DNA from: a virus
Lineage: Duplodnaviria > Caudoviricetes
Direction: 5' to 3' (one strand)
DNA length: 42,335 bases
IMG/VR virus record: IMGVR_UViG_3300032320_001165
Coordinates: 1 to 42,335 of that record
The notes below the pieces were generated by a model that did no database searches, had not been told where the DNA came from, and saw only the letters and a list, made by a program, of their open reading frames with translations. Positions 18,055 to 27,407 of this stretch are shown one piece after another; within the stretch, counting starts at the first letter, position 1, and each line of letters begins with the position of its first letter. A program made the translations under genes and the position numbers.

Positions 18055-18075
18055 TTAATTTCCTTTGTTTCAGTG

Positions 18076-18127
18076 TCAATACAAGTATTGTAGCACAATA
18101 CCCATTTATTGTCAAATTTTAAGCCTT
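18076..18127. repeat. 52-bp exact direct repeat, copy 1, containing a TTGACA-17-TACAAT promoter (minus strand)
   Basis: Identical to 18526-18577. Confidence 0.93.
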
Positions 18128-18503
18128 AAGCGGCCTTACGAAAGTACTGATAGGGCAAGCCCAGTGTATAGCAGAGGTACTCATCGTCACCTTGAGTGTC
18201 CTCAGCTTCGTGGATCCAGCGCATTGCTGTTGCACGGTCCTTAGCACCTAAAAACATCAGGTCACTAATACGTTTCTCAAAAGAGAAAATTGCGTTTTCT
18301 TGTGCCTGAACACGGACCTTTTCTTCACGGTCAATAACCTCACCCAACTCTTTGAATTCAGCTAGGAAGTCTGCTTCAGTCCAAGCAGAAGTATCAATAC
18401 CCCGAGGACGAATGCCAAACGCATCCTTATACATATCCCAGTAGATACTGGCATACTGCTCTAAAGTTGTCAACTCTTCCCAAGATTTGAATTCTGTAGT
18501 CAT
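18126..18503 (-). CDS. Early hypothetical protein
   Basis: Start reassigned to MTTEFK (SD GAGGA); YWDMYKDAFGIRPR motif. Confidence 0.75.
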   Translation of the reverse strand: MTTEFKSWEELTTLEQYASIYWDMYKDAFGIRPRGIDTSAWTEADFLAEFKELGEVIDREEKVRVQAQENAIFSFEKRISDLMFLGAKDRATAMRWIHEAEDTQGDDEYLCYTLGLPYQYFRKAA

Positions 18504-18525
18504 TTCGTAGTCCTCTTTATCAGTT

Positions 18526-18577
18526 TCAATACAAGTATTGTAGCACAATACCCATTTATTGTCAAATTTTAAGCCTT
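18526..18577. repeat. 52-bp exact direct repeat, copy 2, with sigma70 promoter
   Basis: Identical to 18076-18127. Confidence 0.93.
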
Positions 18578-18793
18578 TAGAATGTCAACAATTCTAGAGT
18601 GGATTATGGCCATTTCTGACGATTCTACGTAAAAATCTGTAGTAGGATCGTAGTAGGCACCTTCTTTGTTGTCATAATACAACACTCGTCCGGAGAAATT
18701 GAACGGTCCTTCTAGACCCTTGCGTGGACCATATTTGGTACGCATTTCATCCATCTGATACTTGTCTGCAACAACTTTGTAACCCATGAACAA
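18569..18793 (-). CDS. Early hypothetical protein
   Basis: GLEGPF..GRVLYYD.KEGAYYDPTTDFYV; SD AAGGAG; promoter at 18818-18846. Confidence 0.75.
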   Translation of the reverse strand: MFMGYKVVADKYQMDEMRTKYGPRKGLEGPFNFSGRVLYYDNKEGAYYDPTTDFYVESSEMAIIHSRIVDILKA

Positions 18794-18817
18794 CTCCTTT
18801 TGACTGAATAAGACTCT

Positions 18818-18846
18818 ATTATAGAGCCAAATCCATTTAATGTCAA
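18818..18846 (-). promoter_or_regulatory. Consensus sigma70 early promoter
   Basis: TTGACA-ttaaatggatttggctc-TATAAT. Confidence 0.88.
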
Positions 18847-19640
18847 CCTCGGGTTAGTTCCCAATTTGTAATACTCAAGTATTCAAAATTATCACGTTGT
18901 TTAAGATGGAAATTTCCGTTAATTTCGATCAAATTATTATTATTGAAAACATGATTCCACAAATGTTCTAACTGATTTTTTGCTTCAATCTGAATCATTG
19001 CGGCGTGGTCATTCTTAGCATCTTTCAACCAATATTGTACTACACTTATACGTTTAGTTTTTTGTGCAATACGTTTGATTGGTATGAATAATCTGCTAGA
19101 ATTAATCATAGGTTTCTTTGTAATACCAGCTGGCTCAACTTGTAATCGAACTTCATCTAATTGAATATCGTAATCATAGAACGCAGGTAAGTAATATGCC
19201 AGTCCCAACATTTCTTCTTTAAATTTCATACCATCACTATGTACAAATGCACTTAAGTCATTTCGATAGTTAGACATTCGTTCACCTTTAAGTTTCCACA
19301 TTACTATTTTTTTACTATAGTAATCACGGATTCGTTCAGCATGTGTATAGTCTTCACTAATCAATAAATCAAATAAGTCCTTGTCTAAAAGTTTACCTAT
19401 TCGTCCCTGGGCAGTGCCTGCATCACGCAACCTTTTCCAAGCACTACTCAATGCCAACAAATCAATTGGACTTTCATATATTTCGTATTTCTTCACATCC
19501 GGATTCATATTTCTATCACTCATAAATGAATCTAAACTAAAAACATTATTAGATGAAAGAGTTACACTGCCGTAATTAACATTACCGGGATTAATTGTCA
19601 ACGGTGGAATTGGGAGATTTCGGGTGCTAAGTGTTGCCAT
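18843..19640 (-). CDS. Hypothetical protein
   Basis: 265-aa ORF in operon order. Confidence 0.7.
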   Translation of the reverse strand: MATLSTRNLPIPPLTINPGNVNYGSVTLSSNNVFSLDSFMSDRNMNPDVKKYEIYESPIDLLALSSAWKRLRDAGTAQGRIGKLLDKDLFDLLISEDYTHAERIRDYYSKKIVMWKLKGERMSNYRNDLSAFVHSDGMKFKEEMLGLAYYLPAFYDYDIQLDEVRLQVEPAGITKKPMINSSRLFIPIKRIAQKTKRISVVQYWLKDAKNDHAAMIQIEAKNQLEHLWNHVFNNNNLIEINGNFHLKQRDNFEYLSITNWELTRG

Positions 19641-19650
19641 AATATTATCC

Positions 19651-20115
19651 TTAACTAACTGTTATGTCTTCCATGCCTGCGGCTCTTAAACGCACAATGT
19701 GACCTAGCATGAAATTTTTTGAATCTAAACCTTTCATGGTGCCTAACCATTTGTTGCGTAGTAGTGCTACTTCATTAATGATTGTTTCCATGTCAATAAC
19801 TTCATCTTCGCCTTCAACATACTTTTCAGCAGTTCTATCACTCAATGCACGATTGTATGCTTCTAAGTATTTTTGAAAATGTTTACGCCTGATCTTACGT
19901 AATTGTAAATTAAGATATTGAAGGACCGCTTCAATCTCTTGTAGTTGATTAAAGCGGTGCTCTGTAATACCCGGTAATGCAGAAATGTTTTTCTCTACAT
20001 TACCGTATATCTTAACATCATTTTTTGCAGAAGCTAACTCTGCATCATAGTATGATAAGAAGTCAGGTATTTTTGAAAGATCGGCGCTTACACGGGTATA
20101 CCAATTGCTTGACAT
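19651..20115 (-). CDS. uvsY: Recombination mediator (UvsY-like)
   Basis: Helical 154 aa ending K.LDSKNFMLGHIVRLRAAG; downstream of UvsX. Confidence 0.7.
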   Translation of the reverse strand: MSSNWYTRVSADLSKIPDFLSYYDAELASAKNDVKIYGNVEKNISALPGITEHRFNQLQEIEAVLQYLNLQLRKIRRKHFQKYLEAYNRALSDRTAEKYVEGEDEVIDMETIINEVALLRNKWLGTMKGLDSKNFMLGHIVRLRAAGMEDITVS

Positions 20116-20364
20116 TTAATCCCATTCATCAGTATCGATGTCTTCTTCGTAGTCTTCGTATTCTTCTTCTTGGAAATGTTGTTCCGCATATCCCTTCAAA
20201 GCCTTAGTAATGTCTTTATCTTTGAATGCTTCTTTGATATCTTCAACTTCATAATTGTTATCCATCAAAAAATTTACTAAAGAATCGGCAGCATCACCTC
20301 GGTCATTGAAATCAACGTGGTCACGCAATACTTCCCATACTTCTGTAACCAAAGTTAAACTCAT
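20116..20364 (-). CDS. Small acidic hypothetical protein
   Basis: 82 aa with D/E-rich tail, between uvsX and uvsY. Confidence 0.7.
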   Translation of the reverse strand: MSLTLVTEVWEVLRDHVDFNDRGDAADSLVNFLMDNNYEVEDIKEAFKDKDITKALKGYAEQHFQEEEYEDYEEDIDTDEWD

Positions 20365-21425
20365 TCTGCTACCTCTGCTTCTGTATCTGCTGTTACAGTA
20401 CTTTTAGTTGCACCAGTATACTCTAACATAACTTTGTCTAAACAACCATCTTTGTTTGCTTCCCAACCCTTACGGAATGATTTGATAATCTCACCATCTT
20501 TAGTAGTGTATACAAGACTGTTGCCTTCTTTTTTCAATGCACCTGATTTCTCAAGCATATCAGTCAAACCAGAGTAAGGACTCATTCCTGACTCATAAGG
20601 AATCTTAACTTGAATACTTTCAAAGGGTTTAGCGTAACGAGTTTTCATAATCTTGCAAGCGGCACGAATGCCCATTACATCAGAAATCTTGTTGCCGTCT
20701 TCATCCTCTTTGAGTTTGAGTTTTTTCATAGCAACAACGATTGAACTTGCGTAAACAAAACCTTGACCACCGGAAATTTTGTCATCTGGATCAAACATAT
20801 CTTGTGAAGCATATGTGTGATTAGTAGCAACTAAACCTACATTATGACTACCAAACATGTTAACACAATTACGAACCAGTGCTGTCAGTGCTTTAGGCTT
20901 ACGACCCATGTCACCTTTCATATCACCTGCTTCAAACTGATTAACGTCAGTGGGTGTTAACAACATTCCCAATGAATCAATGATAAACAATACCTTAGGA
21001 CGATCCGTATCGGGTAATGTTTTGTATGATTTCATAAACTCACTGATAGTTTTGGCTACATCGTCAATCATAGCCATGTTTAGTTTAAGCAATTTGCTTT
21101 CGCTAGTATCTACGCCTAAGTCGTGCAACCACTTTTCATCAAGTGCGTTCTCTGTATCAACTAAAACTACATAGATTCCTTGTTGTTGCGCATGGCGTAC
21201 CAAGTTGCCCGAACAAATGAAAGACTTGCCAGAACCAGATTCTCCAGCGAATACAGTGACTTTGCCAAGAGGCACGCCTTTGTTAAAATCACCACTAATA
21301 AGATAGTTAAGTCCATAATTTCCTGTACTGACCCAGTCAGTTGGGTCGTTATATCCTATGCTAAGTCCCTCAATAGACTTAGTAATCTCTTTTCTAAATT
21401 TACTTACATCAAATGGTTTTGCCAT
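20361..21425 (-). CDS. uvsX: RecA-like recombinase (UvsX)
   Basis: GESGSGKS, DTENALD, IIDSLG, TNHTY, SGG.GFVYASS, KTR. Confidence 0.93.
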   Translation of the reverse strand: MAKPFDVSKFRKEITKSIEGLSIGYNDPTDWVSTGNYGLNYLISGDFNKGVPLGKVTVFAGESGSGKSFICSGNLVRHAQQQGIYVVLVDTENALDEKWLHDLGVDTSESKLLKLNMAMIDDVAKTISEFMKSYKTLPDTDRPKVLFIIDSLGMLLTPTDVNQFEAGDMKGDMGRKPKALTALVRNCVNMFGSHNVGLVATNHTYASQDMFDPDDKISGGQGFVYASSIVVAMKKLKLKEDEDGNKISDVMGIRAACKIMKTRYAKPFESIQVKIPYESGMSPYSGLTDMLEKSGALKKEGNSLVYTTKDGEIIKSFRKGWEANKDGCLDKVMLEYTGATKSTVTADTEAEVAE

Positions 21426-21437
21426 TGTATCTCCTAA

Positions 21438-21668
21438 TTATCGATGTGTTCCGTTAGTATATAAACTAAACGGTTGTTTGTCTAACAGATCGGGACATTT
21501 TTCCGCTAATGAATCTAATTCCCAATCGTTGGGGTAGTGCCGTAACGCACCCCTTGCTCGGTCACGAACTATGCTAGGAACTCTAGGTGTTTTACCTGGG
21601 TCACATAATTCTTCCAATAACTTTTTACCTTGCTTGATAGCTCGGTAGCGTTCGTCTGGTAGTGTCAT
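21438..21668 (-). CDS. Small hypothetical protein (BPSL0761-like)
   Basis: MTLPDERYRAI...VRDRARGALRHYP; SD AAGGAG. Confidence 0.6.
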   Translation of the reverse strand: MTLPDERYRAIKQGKKLLEELCDPGKTPRVPSIVRDRARGALRHYPNDWELDSLAEKCPDLLDKQPFSLYTNGTHR

Positions 21669-21680
21669 ATATTTCTCCTT

Positions 21681-21710
21681 AATAGAGAGAACAGTTTCCC
21701 GTTCTCTATT
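21681..21710 (-). terminator. Intergenic hairpin after the SSB gene (attenuator or mRNA stabiliser)
   Basis: AATAGAGAAC...GTTCTCTCTATT inverted repeat; no strong U tract. Confidence 0.5.
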
Positions 21711-21714
21711 TCAA

Positions 21715-22731
21715 TTAAGCAGGCTTGTTTTGACGAGCACGGATCATTGCTAGAATGTCTTGTGTTTTATCAGTACTAGGAGTTGCTTTAGGAACTACGA
21801 TTGGTTCACTAAATGATGCTTCTGCTTTATTAACATCATCTTCCCATGGTGCAGATTCTGCTACGGTCGCTGTTGCGGGTGCAGACGCTACTGGTACTGC
21901 TGTTGGTTGTGCCGCTGTTGTTCCTGCAGGTGCTTCTAATCCATATGGACGATAGTATGCCCCCCAACGTTCATTGTCAAAAGGTTGACCATCAACTGAT
22001 GCTTCAAACATTTCTTTCATAACGCGGAGTTCTGCTTCACCGGGCTTCTTAGGCAAGAAGTCAGATAAGTTATGCAGACCAAAACTTTCAATTGCTGCCG
22101 CTTCAGCCTCTGTCAACGCGGATTCTTTACGAGCCCATGTTGAAGTTGAGTAGTCAGCATAACCACCTTTACTTGTTTTCTTAATGTTAAAATCAAGACC
22201 ACGCATATAGTCAGTTGGCAATTCTTCCATTTCAGGATCCATCAAGCTAGACTTGATAACTGTGAAGATTTGTGGAGAGATAACGAATCTACGAATTGGA
22301 TTTGCAGGTTGTTTGTCTTCACCGATTGGGTTTTGACGAACAAAGCCCTGGAACAAGTAACTACGTTTCTTCCAATATTTGTTAGCCATTTCTTTCAATG
22401 TTTCATCCTTATACCAAGGACGAACTTCTGCTAGGATAGGGCAGACTGAACCATCATTGTACATTTCTACACAAGGAATCTGCACAATTACTTGCTTCAT
22501 TTCAGGATGACCTTTTACGCCATTGAATGGTAGTTTGATGATTTGTTTTTCAACCCAGAAGAACGTATTGCTCTGGTTACCATCAGGTAGGATACGTAGA
22601 CTAGCTGTTGTGCCTTCATCCATATTCCAGTGAGGGTAGACTGAGTTGTCTGATTGCTGGGTAGACCCAGTATTGTTTGATTTGTTTTCTTGTGCCGCAA
22701 TACGAGCACGAATTTCTGCTAAAGATGCCAT
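21715..22731 (-). CDS. Single-stranded DNA-binding protein (T4 gp32-like)
   Basis: LRILPDG, C..CPI, YWKKRSY, DYMRGLDF..K.SKGGYADYSTS.W; located beside uvsX. Confidence 0.88.
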   Translation of the reverse strand: MASLAEIRARIAAQENKSNNTGSTQQSDNSVYPHWNMDEGTTASLRILPDGNQSNTFFWVEKQIIKLPFNGVKGHPEMKQVIVQIPCVEMYNDGSVCPILAEVRPWYKDETLKEMANKYWKKRSYLFQGFVRQNPIGEDKQPANPIRRFVISPQIFTVIKSSLMDPEMEELPTDYMRGLDFNIKKTSKGGYADYSTSTWARKESALTEAEAAAIESFGLHNLSDFLPKKPGEAELRVMKEMFEASVDGQPFDNERWGAYYRPYGLEAPAGTTAAQPTAVPVASAPATATVAESAPWEDDVNKAEASFSEPIVVPKATPSTDKTQDILAMIRARQNKPA

Positions 22732-22809
22732 AATAAATTTCCTTATTTCATTGACTTGGAGTCTGTTTTATTGTCGCCGCTTCACCATGAAGCGACTAAC
22801 ACAAGATAG

Positions 22810-22847
22810 AGTATAACATACTTTTCTCTCATGTCAATAGTATTTAT
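22810..22847 (-). promoter_or_regulatory. Tandem late (ATAAATA, 22841-22847) and sigma70 (TTGACA-16-TATACT) promoters for SSB
   Basis: Both motifs read directly upstream of the SSB leader. Confidence 0.7.
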
Positions 22848-22859
22848 GCCGGATGTGGT

Positions 22860-22884
22860 TAACCTCACCTTTTAAGTGAGGTTA
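22860..22884. terminator. Inverted repeat after the 22893 gene
   Basis: TAACCTCAC-7 nt-GTGAGGTTA. Confidence 0.55.
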
Positions 22885-22892
22885 TTGAGAAC

Positions 22893-24767
22893 TTATTTAC
22901 CCAATAAACGTTTGATAGCGTCTAGGTCTTTTTGACCTTCAGATAAACTTTTTCCTTCATCTACCCAGCCAGTCATGCCTGCTGGATCGAATTCTTGACC
23001 CCTATGTGCTCTAGTAATTTTATCTTGTATTGATTGTGGATTGCCACGACCTTGTTTAACTAATGCATCTCTAATTTTAGCCATTGACACAATGATAGGG
23101 TTGTTTGGATTCTTGTTAGGATCATCGCCCGGTTTCCACACTGAGCTAGGTACAGCCATACCAAATTTCCAATCACTTGGTAACTCAGTTGGACCCATTG
23201 CTGGCTGCGTAGCAATTGGTGTTGCTGTAGTAGCCGGACGAGGTGCTGCCGCTGCCTGAGCAGATGGTAATGGTGGACGAGGTGTCATACCAGGACGATC
23301 TACAGTAGGTCTTGTGGGTGCCGCTTGTGCAGGGGCTGAACCAGGAAGAGGCTTACCAGTGTGCGGGTCGAATCTAGCTTCAGGTGGCAATGGTTTACCT
23401 GTTTCTGTATCATAGCCCGGAGGAGCTGAAACTGCAGGTGCCGTTGGTGCTGCCTGTGTTGGTGCCGGAGCAGGTGCAGCCGGCTTTTTATATGCACCGG
23501 AACGAACTCGGTCTAACATAGAACCAGACTTCATTTTATTTCTTACATCGTCCAAAACACCTTCATTGATTTTGCTTTCATTAGCACCAACCAAATCTCC
23601 GGGTCTAGCAAATTTATCTTTAGGACTAAACTGTCCTGCAGATTTTTGCTCTGGGTCTAAATCTTCTGCTACGCCTTCTGATTTGCCTTTGCTTAGAATA
23701 CTATGCATCTTTTTTGCAACTTCTTGCTTAGAAGGTTTAGTCTTAGTTGGCGCAGGCGCTTCTCCAATAATCTCAGACGCCCATTCTTCTAATGCAATTG
23801 TTTCAGCCATCTCAGATGTTTCATTGATGTTCTTGCTCAACTTGCTTAGTATTGGCATTACACTCTCAATGCGTGGGTCTAAACTACTAGACATAAACAT
23901 TTCGCTTAAGTCAACACTTTCTTCATCTTCCATCAGTGCAGGAGTGTAGCTTTCAAAGTAACTATTGTATCCACGTTGCCCTGACATTTTACTCAAACAC
24001 TCACGTAGTTTTTGATAGTGATTGATACCTTCTGTAACTAATTTTTGTGCAGACTCATTGAATTGACCATTACGTGTAGCACGAACAAAGCCTGCCATCT
24101 TTTGGTATTCTTCACATAGACCGGAAATATGATTCCAACGTTCATCATTAGCTTTGCCACCCTCAGCGATATGTCTTGCAAACACACGTGCTAGACCAGG
24201 TCTATCGGTTGGTGCTAACATTCTTTCACCAATTGTGTTTTCAATAAAGATTTTATCAATCTGGCGGAAACGTTGCTCACCCTCTTGCATTTCTCTTTTG
24301 TGCTTGATAATTATCTTTGTTGTAGGTACATTATCGCTATAGCTAGCTTTTTTACCTTGAGCATGATAACCTTCATACATCTTTTCTTGACGTTTAGTAT
24401 GTTCTCTTTTTGCCATATCGTTTTCCAAATTATCTATGTTAGCTAGTTTAAAACTAAGTTGCTTCATCATAGCAAATCTCTTTAGTGTCTTAATTAATTG
24501 TTCCCATGATTCGCTATCAGTTGATCCATTTTTAGGACTATCGGAAACTTTGTCATCAAAGTAAACAATCAACTGATGCAATCCATCAATAGATACAAAT
24601 ACTTTACCATAAGTTTCTCCGTCTTTGGTAAATTCAAATTCAAAGACTTCGGCTTCTTCAGGTACAGGAACTGCTTTGCCGTCACTACCCTTATTAATGA
24701 CAGCACGGCCGCCCCTGCTAAGTACTTTTTGTAATTCTGCCCTTAGGCCTTCTTGTTTTTTTGACAT
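22893..24767 (-). CDS. Large putative head/internal virion protein with Pro/Ala-rich region
   Basis: Late motif at 24775-24781; many hydrophobic-x-E sites; follows the terminase. Confidence 0.65.
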   Translation of the reverse strand: MSKKQEGLRAELQKVLSRGGRAVINKGSDGKAVPVPEEAEVFEFEFTKDGETYGKVFVSIDGLHQLIVYFDDKVSDSPKNGSTDSESWEQLIKTLKRFAMMKQLSFKLANIDNLENDMAKREHTKRQEKMYEGYHAQGKKASYSDNVPTTKIIIKHKREMQEGEQRFRQIDKIFIENTIGERMLAPTDRPGLARVFARHIAEGGKANDERWNHISGLCEEYQKMAGFVRATRNGQFNESAQKLVTEGINHYQKLRECLSKMSGQRGYNSYFESYTPALMEDEESVDLSEMFMSSSLDPRIESVMPILSKLSKNINETSEMAETIALEEWASEIIGEAPAPTKTKPSKQEVAKKMHSILSKGKSEGVAEDLDPEQKSAGQFSPKDKFARPGDLVGANESKINEGVLDDVRNKMKSGSMLDRVRSGAYKKPAAPAPAPTQAAPTAPAVSAPPGYDTETGKPLPPEARFDPHTGKPLPGSAPAQAAPTRPTVDRPGMTPRPPLPSAQAAAAPRPATTATPIATQPAMGPTELPSDWKFGMAVPSSVWKPGDDPNKNPNNPIIVSMAKIRDALVKQGRGNPQSIQDKITRAHRGQEFDPAGMTGWVDEGKSLSEGQKDLDAIKRLLGK

Positions 24768-24792
24768 AATAAACTATTTATCAATATTGTGA

Positions 24793-26340
24793 TTAACCCA
24801 TTACCGCAAAGAAGGGTAACGGAGCTATAAATTCTTCGTGGTCACGCATATATGAATCTAAATTAGAATGGTATTCACTTAACTGCTGTAAAATACGTAC
24901 TATTAATAAGCTGGCCATGACCAAATCATCTGTGTCACCAATCTTAGCTTGAAAACTGCCGCCGGCTGCAATAAAACTTTTTAACTCAGTAATAAGACTA
25001 TGACTATTAACAGTCATTTTCTTAGACTCTATTAATGTTTTGAACTTGGCGCAGGCTGCTAATTTGCTCTTGTTAGTTGTATTGAAACCCTTACGCTTTT
25101 TACCGTTCTCACCCATAAATGTTCCGGGAATGTTTGACTCTCCAAATTCAGCAATAGAAACTAATGCCGCTTCTCCGATTGAGTTTGTCTCCACTGAGTA
25201 ATAGATGTTGTTTGGTTCACCTGTACACTCAACAATGTACTTGGCAATCTGTACCAATAATTTTACTTGAGTAGGAATATCAGTTTTGTTGTGTTTCCAT
25301 TCACCAACTTGTGTTGTAGTGTTGGCTTCAAAAATTTGAATAGCGGCAGGATCACCACCTGTACCTAAACTTGGATCTAATCCAATTGCATATATATTAC
25401 CTTTTGTAGGTTCCTTGTACCAACGAATCTGTCCTTGACGGAACGTTGGTTCTATACCTTCCATATCAATCAATGTACTAGGATTGATAAGTGTTTCGTC
25501 AGCGATAATGAACTCACAACCAATCTCTCGACGGAAACGATCATCGCCTAGTTGTGCTCTCATTTCATTTGCCCACTGGTCATCTCGACCAGGTTGCTCA
25601 GTATAATATGCTCTGTACGCTCTGAACCCGTTTACACCTATTTCAGTTTTGTTACCATAAGCATCTTCAGTTTTGTTAGCACCTTTCCAAATGAACGCAA
25701 ACTGATCCTCATCACTGTTTGGTGTGCTAGTGATAATAGCTTTACCACCAGTAGATAGTGTTGGTGTAATAGCTGTCCAGAATTCTTTAGCAATACTTGG
25801 TCTAACGAATGCAAACTCATCTAGGTATAATAGTGTGATAGACATACCACGACCAGTATTTTCAGTAGTTGTTGCTGAAACAATACGAGATCCGTTCTCA
25901 AAGTCTAATGAACCTTTGTTGTATGTGGTAACACCTGCTTTGATATGATCGGGGCAGTTTTCATATGCATAACGTATACGTTGCATAATTTCTTGTGCGC
26001 CTGTGTACTTGTGTGCGGCAATAAGAATTGTTGAGTCAGGTACGAACATGGCATACCATAGTAAGTATCCTGCCGCTGATGTAGACTTGCCTGATTGACG
26101 AGGCATCAATGATATTGAATAACGATAGTTATGATATGTTTCGATTAATCGTTTTTGATATTCCCACGGATGGTATATCATACTACCCTTAGTAGGATGT
26201 TGAATCATAAAGAAGTTATCCATAAAGTATAGATAACCTGTTTCAGGGTCACAGCACTTAATGAAGTCAGTTAATTCAGTTTCATCCTTAAACTTTGTTT
26301 TAACGTAAGGATTTTTAACTAAGGTAGGGGTATTCGACAT
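24793..26340 (-). CDS. Terminase large subunit (T4 gp17-like)
   Basis: YQ, PRQSGKS Walker A, LYLDEFAF Walker B, ITSTPN, GLDPS nuclease, DDLVMA. Confidence 0.95.
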   Translation of the reverse strand: MSNTPTLVKNPYVKTKFKDETELTDFIKCCDPETGYLYFMDNFFMIQHPTKGSMIYHPWEYQKRLIETYHNYRYSISLMPRQSGKSTSAAGYLLWYAMFVPDSTILIAAHKYTGAQEIMQRIRYAYENCPDHIKAGVTTYNKGSLDFENGSRIVSATTTENTGRGMSITLLYLDEFAFVRPSIAKEFWTAITPTLSTGGKAIITSTPNSDEDQFAFIWKGANKTEDAYGNKTEIGVNGFRAYRAYYTEQPGRDDQWANEMRAQLGDDRFRREIGCEFIIADETLINPSTLIDMEGIEPTFRQGQIRWYKEPTKGNIYAIGLDPSLGTGGDPAAIQIFEANTTTQVGEWKHNKTDIPTQVKLLVQIAKYIVECTGEPNNIYYSVETNSIGEAALVSIAEFGESNIPGTFMGENGKKRKGFNTTNKSKLAACAKFKTLIESKKMTVNSHSLITELKSFIAAGGSFQAKIGDTDDLVMASLLIVRILQQLSEYHSNLDSYMRDHEEFIAPLPFFAVMG

Positions 26341-26377
26341 ATGAATATTTATTGAACTCGCACTACGTCAATACCAA

Positions 26378-27406
26378 TTAAGGAGGATTTCCTGATCTAT
26401 AAGTAAATCCTGTTATTACACCATTAACAGCAGTGTACTCCCAATATATGTCATTGGCTGGTGTAGTTCCACCAATAAGTTGATTTCCTGGCATTATAAT
26501 TACCGGGTCAACGCCTGGACCAAAAGGATATCCGCCAGCACCATATGGACAAGTAACATTAGTAAAAATTCCGCTGGTTAGTGTAAAACTTATTGTGGCT
26601 TCGCCATAGGTAAAAGTCAAGCCCGTATATACCTGTGAGGGCGCCCAAGGACGTCCTTGAACTAGTCCGCCCTCGTTATTATTATCAATAATAGCGGTGC
26701 CATCATACTGTGTTGGTAGTTGTGTTATATTGTAAGTTGCCCTAGGGTTGTTCACTGCGGCTCTATTTGTTTCAGCCAAATCAAGTTTGGCAATCTGTCT
26801 TGCCTCTTTGTCTGCTAGGCCGCCACCAGCTGGTTTTATGGTCCATTGTGTTGAAGTTGTTTTAGCAACTCTTACCCAAATAGCTCCGTTATAGATGCGC
26901 CAGTCTTGTTGACCATACGCAGGAAAGGCGCCGCTGGTTCCATCAACTGTTGTATCGTAAGCATCTCCCAAGGTGCCAACACCATCAGTCAGTGCGGGAG
27001 TGTTAGTAAAAGCGTTCCATGTGCCCTTGTATGTTGCGGCAGTTATTATAGTATTAGACAATGAACCACAAACAGCCGCGGCTTTGGCCATATAATTGTC
27101 TATTGTAGTATTGCCCTTGATAATGCCAATACTGGTTCCATATTCATCATACAAGAAGTTGCCTGCTGTTACTGCATAATCACCTGTCTGATGACTGGTT
27201 AACGTGATGGCAGAGCCTATCCCCAACGATGTTACATACAGTTTGTATGAAACATTATTTGTTGCTCCCAAAGCACCCACATAATTTAAACTCCAAATAG
27301 CTGAGAAAGGAGCAACAATCTCAGTATTAGAATGTGGTGGACTGACATTTTTTGTGAGAGTGGATCCACTCGCTATCATTAATGTTGATATTCCATTTAG
27401 TGCCAT
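26378..27406 (-). CDS. Mosaic virion surface/fibre-like protein
   Basis: Gly/Thr/Asn-rich; YKGTWNA.TNTPAL...GDAY module typical of phage fibres. Confidence 0.6.
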   Translation of the reverse strand: MALNGISTLMIASGSTLTKNVSPPHSNTEIVAPFSAIWSLNYVGALGATNNVSYKLYVTSLGIGSAITLTSHQTGDYAVTAGNFLYDEYGTSIGIIKGNTTIDNYMAKAAAVCGSLSNTIITAATYKGTWNAFTNTPALTDGVGTLGDAYDTTVDGTSGAFPAYGQQDWRIYNGAIWVRVAKTTSTQWTIKPAGGGLADKEARQIAKLDLAETNRAAVNNPRATYNITQLPTQYDGTAIIDNNNEGGLVQGRPWAPSQVYTGLTFTYGEATISFTLTSGIFTNVTCPYGAGGYPFGPGVDPVIIMPGNQLIGGTTPANDIYWEYTAVNGVITGFTYRSGNPP

Positions 27407-27407
27407 G

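Noticed and set aside
18076-18577. 52-bp repeat as a CRISPR array or att site
   Set aside because: Only two copies, separated by a whole gene; no cas or integrase nearby; fully explained as a duplicated promoter
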